Virus record (IMG/VR): IMGVR_UViG_3300045988_151707 | Location: 32,001 to 96,000 of that record | Length of the DNA stretch: 64,000 bases | Direction: 5' to 3' (one strand) | Source: a virus | Shown here: piece by piece, positions 62,844-64,000 of the stretch | Layout: each line of letters opens with the position of its first letter | How positions within the stretch are numbered: the first letter of the stretch is position 1 | The notes under the pieces: model-generated | What the model saw: only the letters and a program-made list of their open reading frames with translations | What the model was told of the DNA's origin: nothing | The model's database searches: none | Position numbers and translations under genes: made by a program

Positions 62844-63428
62844 CTATCTTACTACAAGATTATTCTTTTCAACCAGATGCACACAGTTTATTTGAGCCAG
62901 GCAGTCGGCCAGCGGAGTGTGTCTGTCCGCCACCTTCGGAGGAAGAAGACCTGCATTATCCAGAGCATCCATATACGGACGCACATCGCGCACTTTCCGG
63001 AAGTTCCACGGAAGCACTTCTTCGTCGCATCTGTACACGTTCAAGTTATACCATGAATACATGGAACGAAGCATAGCCACGTCGAAATCCAGCTGAAGAC
63101 ACCATAACGTGAAGTCGTTCCCTTCGTCCGTAGCAGCTATAAACTGCATGAAATCCTCCAGGAAATCCTCCAGTGGTGTTTCTGCTCCTTCCACAAATTC
63201 GCGTCGTGCTTCGTCCGACTGCATCATCCACCATTTAAGTGTGGATGCTTCTACCTTAAAACTGTATCGGATAGAATCGGTAAGGTCTATTTTCCAAACC
63301 TTCTGTCGTCCGGTTTCACCCGTTTGCGGGTCAAACTCTACGGCAGCCACCGAACGGACCACGCTTCCAGGTGTCCTTCCCAGCGTTTCCGTATCTATCA
63401 TTACATGCTTGAATTTCTTCTCTCCCAT
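62844..63428 (-). CDS. DEDD-family 3'-5' exonuclease
   Basis: VMIDTETLG (ExoI), a central acidic motif and C-terminal H..LADCLAQ. Confidence 0.65.
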   Translation of the reverse strand: MGEKKFKHVMIDTETLGRTPGSVVRSVAAVEFDPQTGETGRQKVWKIDLTDSIRYSFKVEASTLKWWMMQSDEARREFVEGAETPLEDFLEDFMQFIAATDEGNDFTLWCLQLDFDVAMLRSMYSWYNLNVYRCDEEVLPWNFRKVRDVRPYMDALDNAGLLPPKVADRHTPLADCLAQINCVHLVEKNNLVVR

Positions 63429-63434
63429 AATCTT

Positions 63435-63719
63435 TCATTTATGTTGAATCAGTCCGTCTTTACCCACACGGCGTTTCTGGTCTTCCGTAGCTTTTTCTTT
63501 CGGAAATCTTCCGTGCCATTTTCCTGGAATATATCTTGCGTGATTTCCGGTTTCGTCAAACTCTATTTTACAGCATTCCGAACAAAGCGGTTTCCATTTG
63601 TACGGCAGAAGACTTTCGTCCCATTCTGCATCTGGCGCAAGTCTTGTCACAATGCTCCAGTATTCCGAAGTGGCGGTGTTGTCCACGCACCCGCATTTTG
63701 CACAAATAAAACATCCCAT
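63435..63719 (-). CDS. small zinc-binding protein
   Basis: CAKCGC ... CSECC. Confidence 0.5.
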   Translation of the reverse strand: MGCFICAKCGCVDNTATSEYWSIVTRLAPDAEWDESLLPYKWKPLCSECCKIEFDETGNHARYIPGKWHGRFPKEKATEDQKRRVGKDGLIQHK

Positions 63720-63720
63720 G

Positions 63721-63855
63721 TCAATCCTCCATCATTTGTTTTATCATTTTCAATAGTTCTTTAAATGCAGAAACAGTTATTCCTATTGCAAAAAGAATAC
63801 TCCATCCAAAAGCTACACTTAACATAGCAACCAGAAAAATATTAAACGGATTCAT
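63721..63855 (-). CDS. small single-TM protein (44 aa from ATG 63855)
   Basis: MNPFNIFLVAMLSVAFGWSILFAIGITV. The upstream part of the ORF-track ORF overlaps another reading frame. Confidence 0.4.
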   Translation of the reverse strand: MNPFNIFLVAMLSVAFGWSILFAIGITVSAFKELLKMIKQMMED

Positions 63856-64000
63856 TATTTCTTTTGTATATAGGTTTTTCACGAAGCACATCCAGCGCCA
63901 TGTCGGCCTTTCGCACCATGGCCAGCGTTTCCGACGCATAGAGGTCGCCGGCAGCCATGCGTGCCAGAAGTATCTCGCGGTATTCCGCACGCGAAACTAC
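63842..64000 (-). CDS. 3' end of a gene that starts beyond the window
   Basis: Open frame from the window edge (...AEYREILLARMAAGDLYASETLAMVRKADMALDVLREKPIYKRNNESV stop). Its stop overlaps the next ATG. Confidence 0.4.
   Translation of the reverse strand, partial: VVSRAEYREILLARMAAGDLYASETLAMVRKADMALDVLREKPIYKRNNESV

Noticed and set aside
1-64000. Stop-codon reassignment (TAG/TGA recoding), as seen in some gut Bacteroidales phages
   Set aside because: Long uninterrupted ORFs with recognisable motifs are obtained with the standard code on both strands. No suppressor tRNA was found.

Overview
The whole 64-kb window reads as one segment of a temperate, plasmid-like tailed phage. The host looks Bacteroidales-type: TAnnTTTG -7 boxes, A/C-rich leaders without Shine-Dalgarno sequences, lipobox lipoproteins, and DUF4494- and DUF1599-like genes.

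**Layout**
- **1-2 kb:** immunity-like switch. A small regulator and a four-HTH repressor candidate diverge from an operator.
- **1.9-32.4 kb, minus strand:** late operons covering tail, 2154-aa tape measure, DGR cassette, lysis genes and tail fibres. They are interrupted by a plus-strand lipoprotein gene and by a tyrosine-recombinase/fibre-tip segment.
- **32.5-40.9 kb, plus strand:** block of 21 small genes of unknown function.
- **41-43 kb, minus strand:** portal operon.
- **43.5-48.6 kb:** plasmid maintenance, with centromere-like repeats, ParA plus partner, an iteron origin, an XRE regulator and Rep.
- **48.6-64 kb, minus strand:** replication and DNA-modification genes. These include an RlmN/Cfr-like radical SAM enzyme, a large C5-methyltransferase, a PD-(D/E)xK nuclease, two DUF1599 genes, SSB, a PAPS-reductase-like gene, a DUF4406-like gene, an N6-methyltransferase and an exonuclease.

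**Most notable signals**
1. A complete diversity-generating retroelement. TR and VR are 127 nt, with 15 mismatches, all at TR adenines.
2. A proposed in-frame invertible tail-fibre-tip switch next to a frameshifted tyrosine recombinase.
3. A six-copy late promoter with an invariant extended -33 element.
4. A 34-bp operator present three times at early promoters.
5. A phage-plasmid lifestyle.
6. A radical-SAM/methyltransferase nucleic-acid-modification neighbourhood.

No major capsid or terminase gene is recognisable, so the element must extend beyond the window. All homology statements come from motif recognition by eye. No database search was run.
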